Part shown: piece after piece, positions 18,816 through 27,496 of the stretch
Layout of the letters: each line of letters opens with the position of its first letter
Position numbering within the stretch: position 1 is the first letter of the stretch
Source of the DNA: a bacterium
Lineage (GTDB): Bacteria; RBG-13-61-14; DATKZS01
Assembly (NCBI GenBank): GCA_963674965.2
Contig: CAXXFL010000007.1
Span: forward strand, 384,001-448,000
DNA: 64,000 nucleotides
Reading direction: 5' to 3'
Position numbers and translations under genes: made by a program
Notes under the pieces: model-generated
What the model was told of the DNA's origin: nothing
The model's database searches: none
Seen by the model: only the letters and a program-made list of their open reading frames with translations

Positions 18816-20638
18816 CTCCACGTCTCCAATACCTGCTCCCTCCCGTTTTGCCTGAACTCGTTCACCAGCGATTCCAAGTCGGATTTCATAAAGGGCCTGT
18901 ACCCGTCAAGGCCGCGCCTGGTGTGCCAAATGGTCCCCTCCGGCGCGTACTCGAGGTTGTAGTACTCGTGCTTGAGAGGACGGACCAGAATCTTCTGGGT
19001 GCGGGTGTACTCGAAATCGCTCACCACCCTGACGAAGTCGGGTTTCCATTTTCTGTCCATGTCCCCGCCCGAGGCCTGTCTTTCCATGTAGTCGTTGAAG
19101 GCGGCGGGATCGAAGGATTTTCCCTCCTTCATCTGGAGGGCGACCATGACCCACTCGTCCGACACCGGGCAGGGCACTCCGAAGGCCACGGCCAGCTCGG
19201 CGTCGGGAAAGGCGGCCGCCACCGAGGCCACGTTCTCGGCCGAGAAGTTCTCTCCGTCCTTTCTGATCCAGTCGTCGGTCCTGCCGTCGAAATACAGATA
19301 CCTTTTATTCGCCACCACCCTGATGTGGCCCAGGTCTCCCGAGTGGTAGACGCCGTCGCGTATTTTCGAGGAGGTGGCCTCGGGGTTGTTATGGTAGCCC
19401 TCGAAGGAGGGCAGGGCCCCGCCCTCCCTTACTATCTCTCCCACCGCCTCCTGGTAGTTGAGGAAGCGGCCCTTCTCGTCGTACTCGGCGGGCGGGCACT
19501 CCCGGCCGTGCTCGTTGAAAATCTTCACGTTGCGGTCCATGATGAAGCCCACGCTTCCGGGCGGGTCTCCCAGCCTTCTCACGGTGGCGATGGCCATCTC
19601 GGTGGTGCCGTATCCCTCCATCATGTCCTCGAGCCCGAAGTAGCGGGTGAACTTTTCCTGGTCCACCTGGGAGGCCCCGTTGCCGTAGGCCACGCGGAGC
19701 TTGTTGGCCGGGCTTTGGGCCACGTTTCTTACGATCTCCTCCTCGCTCCCGTACTTTTTCTCGAGGGCCAGGATAACGTAATGCACCGGCTGGCCCACGT
19801 AGTTCCAGTAGGTCACCCCGTATTTCAGGACGTCCTCGGAGAAGCCGCCGGCGCTGAAGCGGTCGCGGAGCACGGTCGAGGCGTTCCAGTGAAAGGCGCT
19901 CATCACGCCCAGGAACATGGCGTTCGAGTGGAAAAGGGGCATGCAGACGTAGCCCCGGTCGTTCTCCTTGAGCTGGAGGGCCACGCCCGTGGCCATGCCC
20001 AGGTTCATGAGCTTGCCTTGCGAGTTCCTGATGCCCTTGGGCAGCCCGGTGGTCCCCGAGGTGTAGATGATCATGAGGGTCGAGTCCATGGCCACCTCGG
20101 CCTCGGGCCGGACGAGGGCCTCGTCGCCCATCTCGCCTCTCAAGTCCGAAACCGCTTTGTCCAGGGGGGGAAGATCGGGGGGCACGAAGCCCTCCTTGCC
20201 CGTGTCCACCAGATAGGTCCGCTCGGGCGTTATGTACTCGAGGTTGTCCATGACGTCCATTACGCGGTCCTGGTGGCGGTCGTCGGTGATGAGGCTCCTG
20301 GCCTCGGACTGGTTGAGGACGTCCGCCAGCACCTGCCCCCTCAGGCCGGCGTTGACCCCGAACAGGGTCCCGCCGTTCAGGGCGCAGCCTCCATAGGCGA
20401 AGATAAAGGAGGGGTGGTTGTCCATGAACACGGCGGCGCGGGGGGCCCGATTGCCTCCGCCCGCTTTATTATGGTCCCTCCTGAAGAGGTGGGCGAAGGT
20501 GGAGGACTCCCGGTAAAAGTCCGCGTAAGCGTACTCCTTGTCCTGGAAGATGAAAAAGGTCTTGTCCTTTATTTTTTCGTCCAGGGCCTTGGCCTCCATC
20601 TGGTCGGCCACGGTCCTTTGAAACTTCTTTTCCGCCAT
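18812..20638 (-). CDS. Acyl-CoA synthetase (AMP-binding; FadD1/FadD17-like)
   Basis: IIYTSGTTGLPKG, CMPLFHSNA, FSAGGF..DV.KYGVTYWNYVGQP, AYGNGAS, GYGTTE, YHSGDLG, YFDGRTDDWIRKDGENFSA. Start set at MAEKKF (20638). Confidence 0.9.
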   Translation of the reverse strand: MAEKKFQRTVADQMEAKALDEKIKDKTFFIFQDKEYAYADFYRESSTFAHLFRRDHNKAGGGNRAPRAAVFMDNHPSFIFAYGGCALNGGTLFGVNAGLRGQVLADVLNQSEARSLITDDRHQDRVMDVMDNLEYITPERTYLVDTGKEGFVPPDLPPLDKAVSDLRGEMGDEALVRPEAEVAMDSTLMIIYTSGTTGLPKGIRNSQGKLMNLGMATGVALQLKENDRGYVCMPLFHSNAMFLGVMSAFHWNASTVLRDRFSAGGFSEDVLKYGVTYWNYVGQPVHYVILALEKKYGSEEEIVRNVAQSPANKLRVAYGNGASQVDQEKFTRYFGLEDMMEGYGTTEMAIATVRRLGDPPGSVGFIMDRNVKIFNEHGRECPPAEYDEKGRFLNYQEAVGEIVREGGALPSFEGYHNNPEATSSKIRDGVYHSGDLGHIRVVANKRYLYFDGRTDDWIRKDGENFSAENVASVAAAFPDAELAVAFGVPCPVSDEWVMVALQMKEGKSFDPAAFNDYMERQASGGDMDRKWKPDFVRVVSDFEYTRTQKILVRPLKHEYYNLEYAPEGTIWHTRRGLDGYRPFMKSDLESLVNEFRQNGREQVLETWR

Positions 20639-20679
20639 GTCTGGTCCCTTCGCGGTTATTTTTATTGGGGGTGGGCCGT

Positions 20680-21657
20680 TCAGGCCTCGCCCTTTTCCCT
20701 GGCCACCTCGGCCAGGCGCTTGGCCTCGATGGTCTTGACCAGCCCATACATGGTCTCGTTGACCGGCGTGGGCACGCCGTGCTCCTGGCCCAGCTTGATG
20801 ATGGCGCCGTTTATATAGTCGATCTCGGTGACGCGTCCGGCCTCGATATCCTGGAGCATGCTCGGCTTGGGGGGGGAGAAGGTCTTGACCTTGGCCGCCA
20901 TCTTCGCGCCCATCATGATCATGTCGATGAAGTTGCGCTGGTGCTTGATCTTCACGCCCATGGCGTCGGACAGGGCGAAGTACTCGTTGGCCAGGCCCTT
21001 GAAGACGGGCCCGATGGACTCGGTGTTGGCCATGTCGATGACGTTCATGCCCGTGACCGCGGCGGTGCAGTTGAGGACGGCGTTCCACAGTATCTTGTTC
21101 CACACCACCTCGTCGGCGGTGTCGTAAATCTTCACCGGCAGCTTGAGGGCCTTGAGGGCCGCGGCCAACTCCTCGAGGCGGGGCGTCTTGCCGCCGGCCA
21201 TGGGGCCCAGGTCCACGCCGTCGGCGCCGGGGAAATAGACGATGTGAGTGGGGGCCTCGACCAGGAAGTTATGGGCCGTGGTCACGGCCACAATGCGCTC
21301 GGGCTTGCCCACGGCCTCCTCGATGACCTTGAGGTTTCCGTAGCCGTTCTGGAAGCTGGCCACCATGGTATCGTCGCCGATCACGGACCTGGCGCCCTCA
21401 ACGGCGGCCTTGGTGTGGTAGGCCTTGGTGCCCAGTATGACCACGTCCGGCTTGCCGGCGTCGGCCAGGTTGGCGGTGATGTTGACCTTGTACTCGCCGC
21501 TTTTACCGCCGGCCTGGCTGATGGTAAGGCCCTTTTCCTTTACCTGCCTGACGTAGTCCTCGCGCACGTCGTAAAGGGTCACGTCGGCCCCGGCCTCAGT
21601 TAAAAAGGCCCCGACGAAACCGCCCAAAGCTCCCGCGCCAACGATCAATAACTTCAT
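20680..21657 (-). CDS. Ketopantoate reductase (PanE/ApbA) family 2-oxoacid reductase
   Basis: IVGAGALG, TKAY, SFQNG, WNKILWNAVLN, SMLQDIEAGRVTEIDYINGAI. Symbol withheld because the context suggests a non-pantoate substrate. Confidence 0.9.
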   Translation of the reverse strand: MKLLIVGAGALGGFVGAFLTEAGADVTLYDVREDYVRQVKEKGLTISQAGGKSGEYKVNITANLADAGKPDVVILGTKAYHTKAAVEGARSVIGDDTMVASFQNGYGNLKVIEEAVGKPERIVAVTTAHNFLVEAPTHIVYFPGADGVDLGPMAGGKTPRLEELAAALKALKLPVKIYDTADEVVWNKILWNAVLNCTAAVTGMNVIDMANTESIGPVFKGLANEYFALSDAMGVKIKHQRNFIDMIMMGAKMAAKVKTFSPPKPSMLQDIEAGRVTEIDYINGAIIKLGQEHGVPTPVNETMYGLVKTIEAKRLAEVAREKGEA

Positions 21658-21773
21658 GTTCTTACCTCCATGCGTCTGATGGATAATCGCGCCGTCCCGT
21701 GCCCTTTGGGCCTTGGAACGTTAGCCGGTTTTAATTAATGTCCGGCTTATCTCAATTTTAAATATCTTAGCCT

Positions 21774-21961
21774 GGAGCCTCTTGCAAAATTCCCGCTTTG
21801 GAGTGCGGCGGCTCGACGCCGCTTTTCTTCCGAGCGGCTTGACGCGAGGCAAGCCGGTGTATTAATAGGCCTTGTCAAGCCAAAGCCCTCGAAAGCGGTC
21901 TCAAGCGACCGCACTCCAAAGCGGCTATGCCGCAAAGAAAAGGACTTTTGCAAGAAGCTCC
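21774..21961. mobile_element. MITE-like element with 16-bp terminal inverted repeats enclosing an inverted REP pair
   Basis: Left GGAGCCTCTTGCAAAA and right TTTTGCAAGAAGCTCC (1 mismatch). Internal CGCTTTGGAGTGCGG...GCCGCTTT and AAAGCGG...CCGCACTCCAAAGCG. Confidence 0.7.
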
Positions 21962-21985
21962 CTAGTCTCGTATTTCTTATCCATA

Positions 21986-22013
21986 AATATATCAAACGTT
22001 ATTTCCAGTTCAA
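21986..22013 (-). promoter_or_regulatory. Sigma-70-type promoter (proximal copy) for the panE-like operon
   Basis: Minus strand TTGAAC-N16-TATATT with extended -10 TG; the spacer contains ATAACGTTTGA. Confidence 0.6.
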
Positions 22014-22125
22014 CAAAAAAACGGCCCTTTCAAAACGACAATTAATGAGGCCTGTATTTTCCGATCCCGCCGCCGCGACTCGCGTTCTCCTCGTCCCGCA
22101 AGTTAGAGCCTTTTAATGAAGCATT

Positions 22126-22153
22126 AATATATCAAACGTTATCTGGATGTCAA
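22126..22153 (-). promoter_or_regulatory. Sigma-70-type promoter (distal copy)
   Basis: Minus strand TTGACA-N16-TATATT with extended -10 TG. The same 17-bp AATATATCAAACGTTAT lies exactly 140 bp from the proximal copy. Confidence 0.65.
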
Positions 22154-22223
22154 CCCCGAATAACAAGAAGCGAAAATATTATGCCCGCCGGAAACCAAAA
22201 ACCAAAAAAACGCCGCGGCGGGG

Positions 22224-22709
22224 TCAAGGAAACCAAAGATCGCGCTCCACGTTTTCCAGATTTCCCTTTTCGTCAATGGTCCAGACGTCGCATTGGAGGT
22301 CGGGGTCAACGTTGCCGACGCCGTATATGGGAAAGCCCGTCCTGGAAGGAGTGGGAGGATCGAAATCGCATACCCAAAATTTCCGCGTCGCCTCGATCAT
22401 ATCGGACCCGCAATAGTAGCTATAACTGATGTTTCCCTCAGGTCCCCAGCCCAAGGCGGAAAAACAATCCGGCCCCGAGGCGAAAACGCCGTTAGCCGCG
22501 TGATAATTTTCCTGGGCCTTGTAGATGTCCCGGAGAATGTGTTTAACCTCGGCTTGAACGGTCTTGGCGTTTTGATCCTCGGCCACCTTGACCACGAACA
22601 TGATAACCAATACCCAGATTATGGGGGGAACCTGTATCGAAACGGCGATTATAAGATATCGCCTCTTTTTGGAAGGCGCCCGGTATTGCCCCATCTGGCC
22701 CATCCGCAA
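22224..22709 (-). CDS. Type IV pilin-like protein lacking a prepilin cleavage motif
   Basis: TM helix, then KTVQAEVKHILRDIYKAQENYHAANGVF...LGWGPEG..SYSYYC...GVGNVDPD...DVWTIDEKG, resembling deltaproteobacterial pilin heads. No G|FxxxE. Confidence 0.6.
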   Translation of the reverse strand: MRMGQMGQYRAPSKKRRYLIIAVSIQVPPIIWVLVIMFVVKVAEDQNAKTVQAEVKHILRDIYKAQENYHAANGVFASGPDCFSALGWGPEGNISYSYYCGSDMIEATRKFWVCDFDPPTPSRTGFPIYGVGNVDPDLQCDVWTIDEKGNLENVERDLWFP

Positions 22710-22718
22710 AGGTCCTTG

Positions 22719-23600
22719 TTACAAGTCGGGATTGATAAGATACTCGTCGATGCCCACGCCCTTCTGGCCCGTCTCGAGGTTAACGAAGTCGGCGAAGTTC
22801 TCGTGGATCACCACGCCCTCTCCTTTTTCCTTCATGGGCAGGAAGAGGCCGGAGAACTTTTTGCTCTCGAATTTCCAGGCCCCACCGTCCTCGTCAACCC
22901 CATGGTAGCGCGAGCCCGAGGGTACCCCGTTTTCGAAGTCCGTGTTCTCGACGTTCATGCGGACGATCCTCTTGTTGCCCTCGGCCGAGCTGATGAAGCC
23001 CGACCCAATAAAGGCCTTGCCGATGACCGCGCGGTAAAGATTGGCCGTCTTGTCCTCCATCTGGATGGCGACCCAGTTCCAGGCCGTGACCTTGCTCTCG
23101 TTCCTGTAGCCCCAGGAATGGTCGCGATGGCCCAGGCAGCTTATCTTGCGCTCCTTGCCGTCCTTCTCGATCGAGCCCTCGCAGGTAAGGGCCTGCTCGT
23201 AGTGCTCCATCGAGGCCGCCTTGCCCGGCTTGTGGCGCTTGGCCATGGCGTAGTCGAAGATGGGAAAACGGGCCGCGTAGTTAAGCTCGACCTTGTGGCG
23301 TGGGCCGTCGAAGGTAAGGCGGAATTTCTTGAAGGGCTCGAGGAACTCGAACTTGAGCTTGCCGTCCGTCAGCTCGTCCATTTTGTCCTCGATATCTATC
23401 ATTTGGGAGTACATTAGGACTTCGCCGTCCACCACGTGGAAGGCCGAGAACCTTCCCTGCCGCCGGTGGCGCATGAGGGACACGTGGTTGATGCCCCAGG
23501 CGTTATTTGGCTTGTCGATAAAATTGAAGTACCAGTTTTCCTTCCAGTGGGAATCCAGGGGCTTGGGATAATCGTGGATGTACTCGTCTCTTGCTTCCAT
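22719..23600 (-). CDS. Conserved hypothetical protein, possibly AttH/CrtC-like beta-barrel
   Basis: WKENWYFNF, HYEQ, GHRDHSWG.R, WNW; strong SD and typical codon usage. The fold is inferred. Confidence 0.6.
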   Translation of the reverse strand: MEARDEYIHDYPKPLDSHWKENWYFNFIDKPNNAWGINHVSLMRHRRQGRFSAFHVVDGEVLMYSQMIDIEDKMDELTDGKLKFEFLEPFKKFRLTFDGPRHKVELNYAARFPIFDYAMAKRHKPGKAASMEHYEQALTCEGSIEKDGKERKISCLGHRDHSWGYRNESKVTAWNWVAIQMEDKTANLYRAVIGKAFIGSGFISSAEGNKRIVRMNVENTDFENGVPSGSRYHGVDEDGGAWKFESKKFSGLFLPMKEKGEGVVIHENFADFVNLETGQKGVGIDEYLINPDL

Positions 23601-23727
23601 GTCCGTCTCCTTCTCTCCGCCGACGCGGGTTATTCTGGGCCATGACTCTCGGCCCCGCTTTAACGCCGCCGATTACAACATGGAATTATTTCGTTGTAAA
23701 GAAAGGGCACATAACGAAACGGGAGCC

Positions 23728-25461
23728 TCAGGGCTTGGCGACCGTTACTCCCTCGAATTTTCCCTCATCGATCTCGCAGACCCGGCCCCCGTCCAGGACC
23801 AGGCTTCCCTCCAGCTTGCCCAGGATGTTGCCCTCGTAGATCACGCCGAGACCTGCCGCCGCGGCCTCTCCGCCGTTGACGATGAAGCTGACGGTCATGA
23901 AGTCGCTCCGTACCATGCCGGTGAAGAAGTAATTATTGCCGTGCTGGTCCGCGGGCGAGTCGGTAAGGGACGACTGAAAGATTATGCCCGACTGCTCGAC
24001 CGTGATGGTGTCCCCCGTGGCGGTGGTCAGCTCGAGCTTGAAGCCGGGGTCTTCGCCGGCCCCGAGGGGCGGGTCGCAGGCGACGGCGTCCCCCGAGAAG
24101 GTCAAGGTCCAGAAGTCCTCTGAAAAGTCCGAGCCGTCGGTCTCGTGCCTTCCCGCCAGGAACTCTCCCTTTTCCTCGCAGTTGCCGTCCTTGCTGAGGC
24201 CGGTGAAAATCCCCGCGGCCGACCCGGGCCACTGCTCGGTGGCGGCGAAGGAGGTGTAGAAGTCCGTGTAGTTGGCCTCCCATATCTGGAAGTTGTAAAT
24301 GGCCAGGTCGGGAAGATAGCCGGCGGTCCTGCCGTCCACCACGTCCTCGAGGCCGGTCTTGCCCTCCATGGAGATAATCATTCCCTTCATGCCGCGCCTG
24401 GCGCCTCCCGCGAACCGGGCCGAGTAGGAACCCTCGAGCGCCCCGTTGGCCGAGACGCAGAGGCTGCCCACCTCCCAGTCCGGCCCCCTGGCCTCGAAGA
24501 GCGCGGCGAGGGGCGCGGCGGGCCAGCACCCACCGCCCGGGCCGGCCTCGAAGCCCTCGGTGAAAACGGTCGTTCCCGCCACCGCCAGCGAGACCTGGTC
24601 CACCACCGCGGACTCTCCAACCTCGGAGAGCCCGGCGATGAAGTCCACCCGGATGAACGGATATGACGCGGCAAAGGTCAGGCTAACCTCCCGGTCCCCC
24701 GAGCTCATGGCGTCTCCCCTCAGGTACTCGAGGTCCAGGTTGTCGGCCCCGTTTTGCGCGATGACCCGGAAGAAATCCCCTCCGTCCCCGTCGGCCGAGA
24801 CGGACCTCCTATAGGACAGGGTGATAGTATCGCCCACGCCGATTACCGGCTGGGTAAGGTAGAGGCTGAGCGCGTGCTGCTCGGGTATGACGGCGCTGAT
24901 GGAATTGGAGGACTGTTCTATGTCCACCGAGTACAGATAGCCGTTCTGGCCCATGTTCATCTCGAGACCCAGGGAAGGGCCGTTAACGGCCCCCGCCAGG
25001 ACGGAACCGTCGCAGGAGCCGCTTTGGCAAAGGTGAAAGCCCGAGCTTTGCACGAGGCCCACGGTGGAGAGGACGGCGCCGACGGGCACGGGGTCTCCCG
25101 GCACGGAGCCGGTGAAGGCGATGGTCCAGGCGTCTCCCGCGACGAGGTTGAATCCCGGGGTATCGCCAAAGGACACCTTGGCGCCGCATCCGCCCAGGTC
25201 GATGGACGTCCCGGCGAAGACGGTGACCGTGTCGAACCAGAGCGGTCCGGTGATCGAGGCCTTGGCCGTTCCCGAGCCGCCTCCGGTCTCGACGCTCACG
25301 GTGAAGGTCCCGGGAGACTCGACCCTCTCGGAGAATATAAAGTCCCAGACGCCGCTTAAGTCGGAGTAGCCGAGCCTGTCGCCCGACCCCTTGTCGTCGC
25401 AGAAATAGGCCGTCATGGCCGCGACGACCGCCAGAATAAGGACCCCGATTTTTCTCATCAT
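23728..25461 (-). CDS. Hypothetical secreted protein / possible lipoprotein
   Basis: Signal peptide ending AYFC; Gly/Ser/Thr/Asp-rich beta-type sequence; 12 bp downstream of the TolC-family gene. Confidence 0.7.
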   Translation of the reverse strand: MMRKIGVLILAVVAAMTAYFCDDKGSGDRLGYSDLSGVWDFIFSERVESPGTFTVSVETGGGSGTAKASITGPLWFDTVTVFAGTSIDLGGCGAKVSFGDTPGFNLVAGDAWTIAFTGSVPGDPVPVGAVLSTVGLVQSSGFHLCQSGSCDGSVLAGAVNGPSLGLEMNMGQNGYLYSVDIEQSSNSISAVIPEQHALSLYLTQPVIGVGDTITLSYRRSVSADGDGGDFFRVIAQNGADNLDLEYLRGDAMSSGDREVSLTFAASYPFIRVDFIAGLSEVGESAVVDQVSLAVAGTTVFTEGFEAGPGGGCWPAAPLAALFEARGPDWEVGSLCVSANGALEGSYSARFAGGARRGMKGMIISMEGKTGLEDVVDGRTAGYLPDLAIYNFQIWEANYTDFYTSFAATEQWPGSAAGIFTGLSKDGNCEEKGEFLAGRHETDGSDFSEDFWTLTFSGDAVACDPPLGAGEDPGFKLELTTATGDTITVEQSGIIFQSSLTDSPADQHGNNYFFTGMVRSDFMTVSFIVNGGEAAAAGLGVIYEGNILGKLEGSLVLDGGRVCEIDEGKFEGVTVAKP

Positions 25462-25473
25462 TCTTCTCCCGCC

Positions 25474-27285
25474 TCAAGGAAGGCTAATGCCGTAGGCGCT
25501 TGCGTCGAAGCCGGCCGGCAGAGACCCTGAAAGTGAATCGAGGGCGCTCGCGTCGATGGCCGAGCTGCTCGTCCCGAGCGAGCCCATGGACGACAGGGAG
25601 GACGCGGAGGACAAGGAGGCGGCCGAGCCCGACAGGTATCCTTTCCTCGCCCTCTCCATCTTTCCCCGGCTCTTGGCGTAATCGATGAGCGCCCCGATCT
25701 CGGCGCCGCGGGCGTCGGAATAGGACTCCTCCGCCTGCAGCACCTCGTAGCTGGTGTTCATGCCGAGCTTGTATTTCTTTTCCTCCGTGGCCAGGTTCTG
25801 TTCCTGGAGCCTCCTGGCCTCCCGGGCCGCTATGTAGGACCGGCGCGAGGCCTCGAGGTCGTACATGAGGTTGATCAGGTTGAAGTATGCCTCCCTCTTC
25901 AAGTTGTTGAGGTCGGCGTTGAGCTTCTCGTAATTGATCAGGCTCCTTCTCAAGTCGGCCTTGGCCGCCCGGTTGCCCACGGGCATGTTGAAGGTCACGC
26001 CGGTGGACCAGGACATGTCGTCTCCCTGGAACATCCTGTCCAGGGCGTCCTCATAGCCCCCCTCGAACTCGGATTCCTGACCCGGAACGATCATCGTCTC
26101 GAGCATGTAGGGGGCGGGGAACTCGTCGGTGGGATTGGGATTGGGAATAACGAACCCCGTCTGCACCACCTGGTCCTGAGGTTTCGAGGTACCCGCCAGT
26201 CCGGAGACGCTCACGCTGCCGCGGAGGTCCAGTTGGGGAAGGGTCTTGTTCCTGGCCTGCTCGTTGGAAATCTCGGCGTTTCGAATCTGGAGCCGGGTCT
26301 GGCGGATGCCGAAGTTATTGGCCAGGGCCTCGTTCATCACCGCGTCCCGGTCGAGGTCGTAGGACTCGTATTCGGGGAGGTCGGTGGGCACTATCTCGAG
26401 GGCCCACAAGTCGGCGTACTCGAGGTTGAGCACTATCTTCAAGGTGGCCTGGTTTTTCCGGTACTCGTTCTCGCTTCTTATCAGGCTGGCCCTGGCGCTG
26501 GCCACGTTGGCCTCGGTCTGGAGGGTGGCCACCCTGGGCTGGGTACCGGCGTCGACCTGGGCCTTGGTTATCACGTCCATCCTCTCGGACAGGGCCAGGG
26601 ACTTCCTCTTCAGATCGAGGTCGAGCCCGGACCTGACCAGGTTCCAGTAGGCGTCCTCAATCTGCGACTCGACCTCGAGCGACTTGGACTCCAGGGCCAG
26701 CTTGGTCCGGTGGTAGTCGTTCTTGGTCTGGTCAAGGTCCATCTCGCGGGCGTCGCGGTAGGCGTTCTTGAGCAGGGGCTGCTTGACGTTAAGGGAGAGG
26801 TCCGTGTCGTATGATGGGTTCAAGGTCGAGAAGTAGGAGTCCGACTCCTGCCGGGTGTTTTTAAAGTCCACGGACATGGACCCTCCGGTTGGCGTGTTGA
26901 CCCCCGAGGAAAAGTTCCAGGTCGAGGTCTCGCTCTCGGTGCCGAACACGCTCTGGCTTTGGGCCTGCTGGCTTTTCTGGTAGTTGGCGTCGATCTGCAC
27001 GTAAGGGTCGTAGCCGGACTTGGCCCTGGTTATCTCGAGGATGGCCAGGTCCAGGTCCCGCCTGGCGTTCATGACGTCGATGTTGTTGGACATGCCAAGT
27101 TTCCTGGCCTCCTTCAAGCTCATGAAGCTCTGGCGGGTGAAGTCGGACAGTCCCGAGGGCTCGGCCGCGCTCTCGGCCGGGGCCTCGGCGGGGACGGCGG
27201 GCGTCTCGGCGCCGGCCATCCCGGCCGGTCCAAACAGGAGCGCCAACGCGAGCGGCGCCATAAGAAAAATCGTCACGGGTCTCAT
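25474..27285 (-). CDS. TolC-family outer-membrane efflux protein
   Basis: Signal peptide; MSLKEA...NNID, KQPLLK, EDAYWNL, ARNKTLPQLDL, WSTGVTFNMPVGNR, EEKKYKLG..TSYEVLQAE. Confidence 0.9.
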   Translation of the reverse strand: MRPVTIFLMAPLALALLFGPAGMAGAETPAVPAEAPAESAAEPSGLSDFTRQSFMSLKEARKLGMSNNIDVMNARRDLDLAILEITRAKSGYDPYVQIDANYQKSQQAQSQSVFGTESETSTWNFSSGVNTPTGGSMSVDFKNTRQESDSYFSTLNPSYDTDLSLNVKQPLLKNAYRDAREMDLDQTKNDYHRTKLALESKSLEVESQIEDAYWNLVRSGLDLDLKRKSLALSERMDVITKAQVDAGTQPRVATLQTEANVASARASLIRSENEYRKNQATLKIVLNLEYADLWALEIVPTDLPEYESYDLDRDAVMNEALANNFGIRQTRLQIRNAEISNEQARNKTLPQLDLRGSVSVSGLAGTSKPQDQVVQTGFVIPNPNPTDEFPAPYMLETMIVPGQESEFEGGYEDALDRMFQGDDMSWSTGVTFNMPVGNRAAKADLRRSLINYEKLNADLNNLKREAYFNLINLMYDLEASRRSYIAAREARRLQEQNLATEEKKYKLGMNTSYEVLQAEESYSDARGAEIGALIDYAKSRGKMERARKGYLSGSAASLSSASSLSSMGSLGTSSSAIDASALDSLSGSLPAGFDASAYGISLP

Positions 27286-27461
27286 AAGTCGCCTCCATTG
27301 GCCTGGAAATCACTCGAACGGAGCTTTCGCGGCGGTCGGCAAGGTATTAATAAACCACATCCTTTCCCTGGCCGCAATCTTTATTTAACCTGGAGAGGAA
27401 CAAAGCGGGGCAAGCTGGACCTTCCCGCGCCTTCCGTCCGGGCGGCCGCCTTGGGGCTCTC

Positions 27462-27490
27462 TTGAATGGAGGGCAAGGCGAGACTATCAT
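27462..27490 (+). promoter_or_regulatory. Sigma-70-type promoter, probably leaderless lptF
   Basis: TTGAAT-N17-TATCAT, 6 nt before ATG 27497. Confidence 0.55.
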
Positions 27491-27496
27491 GAATGG

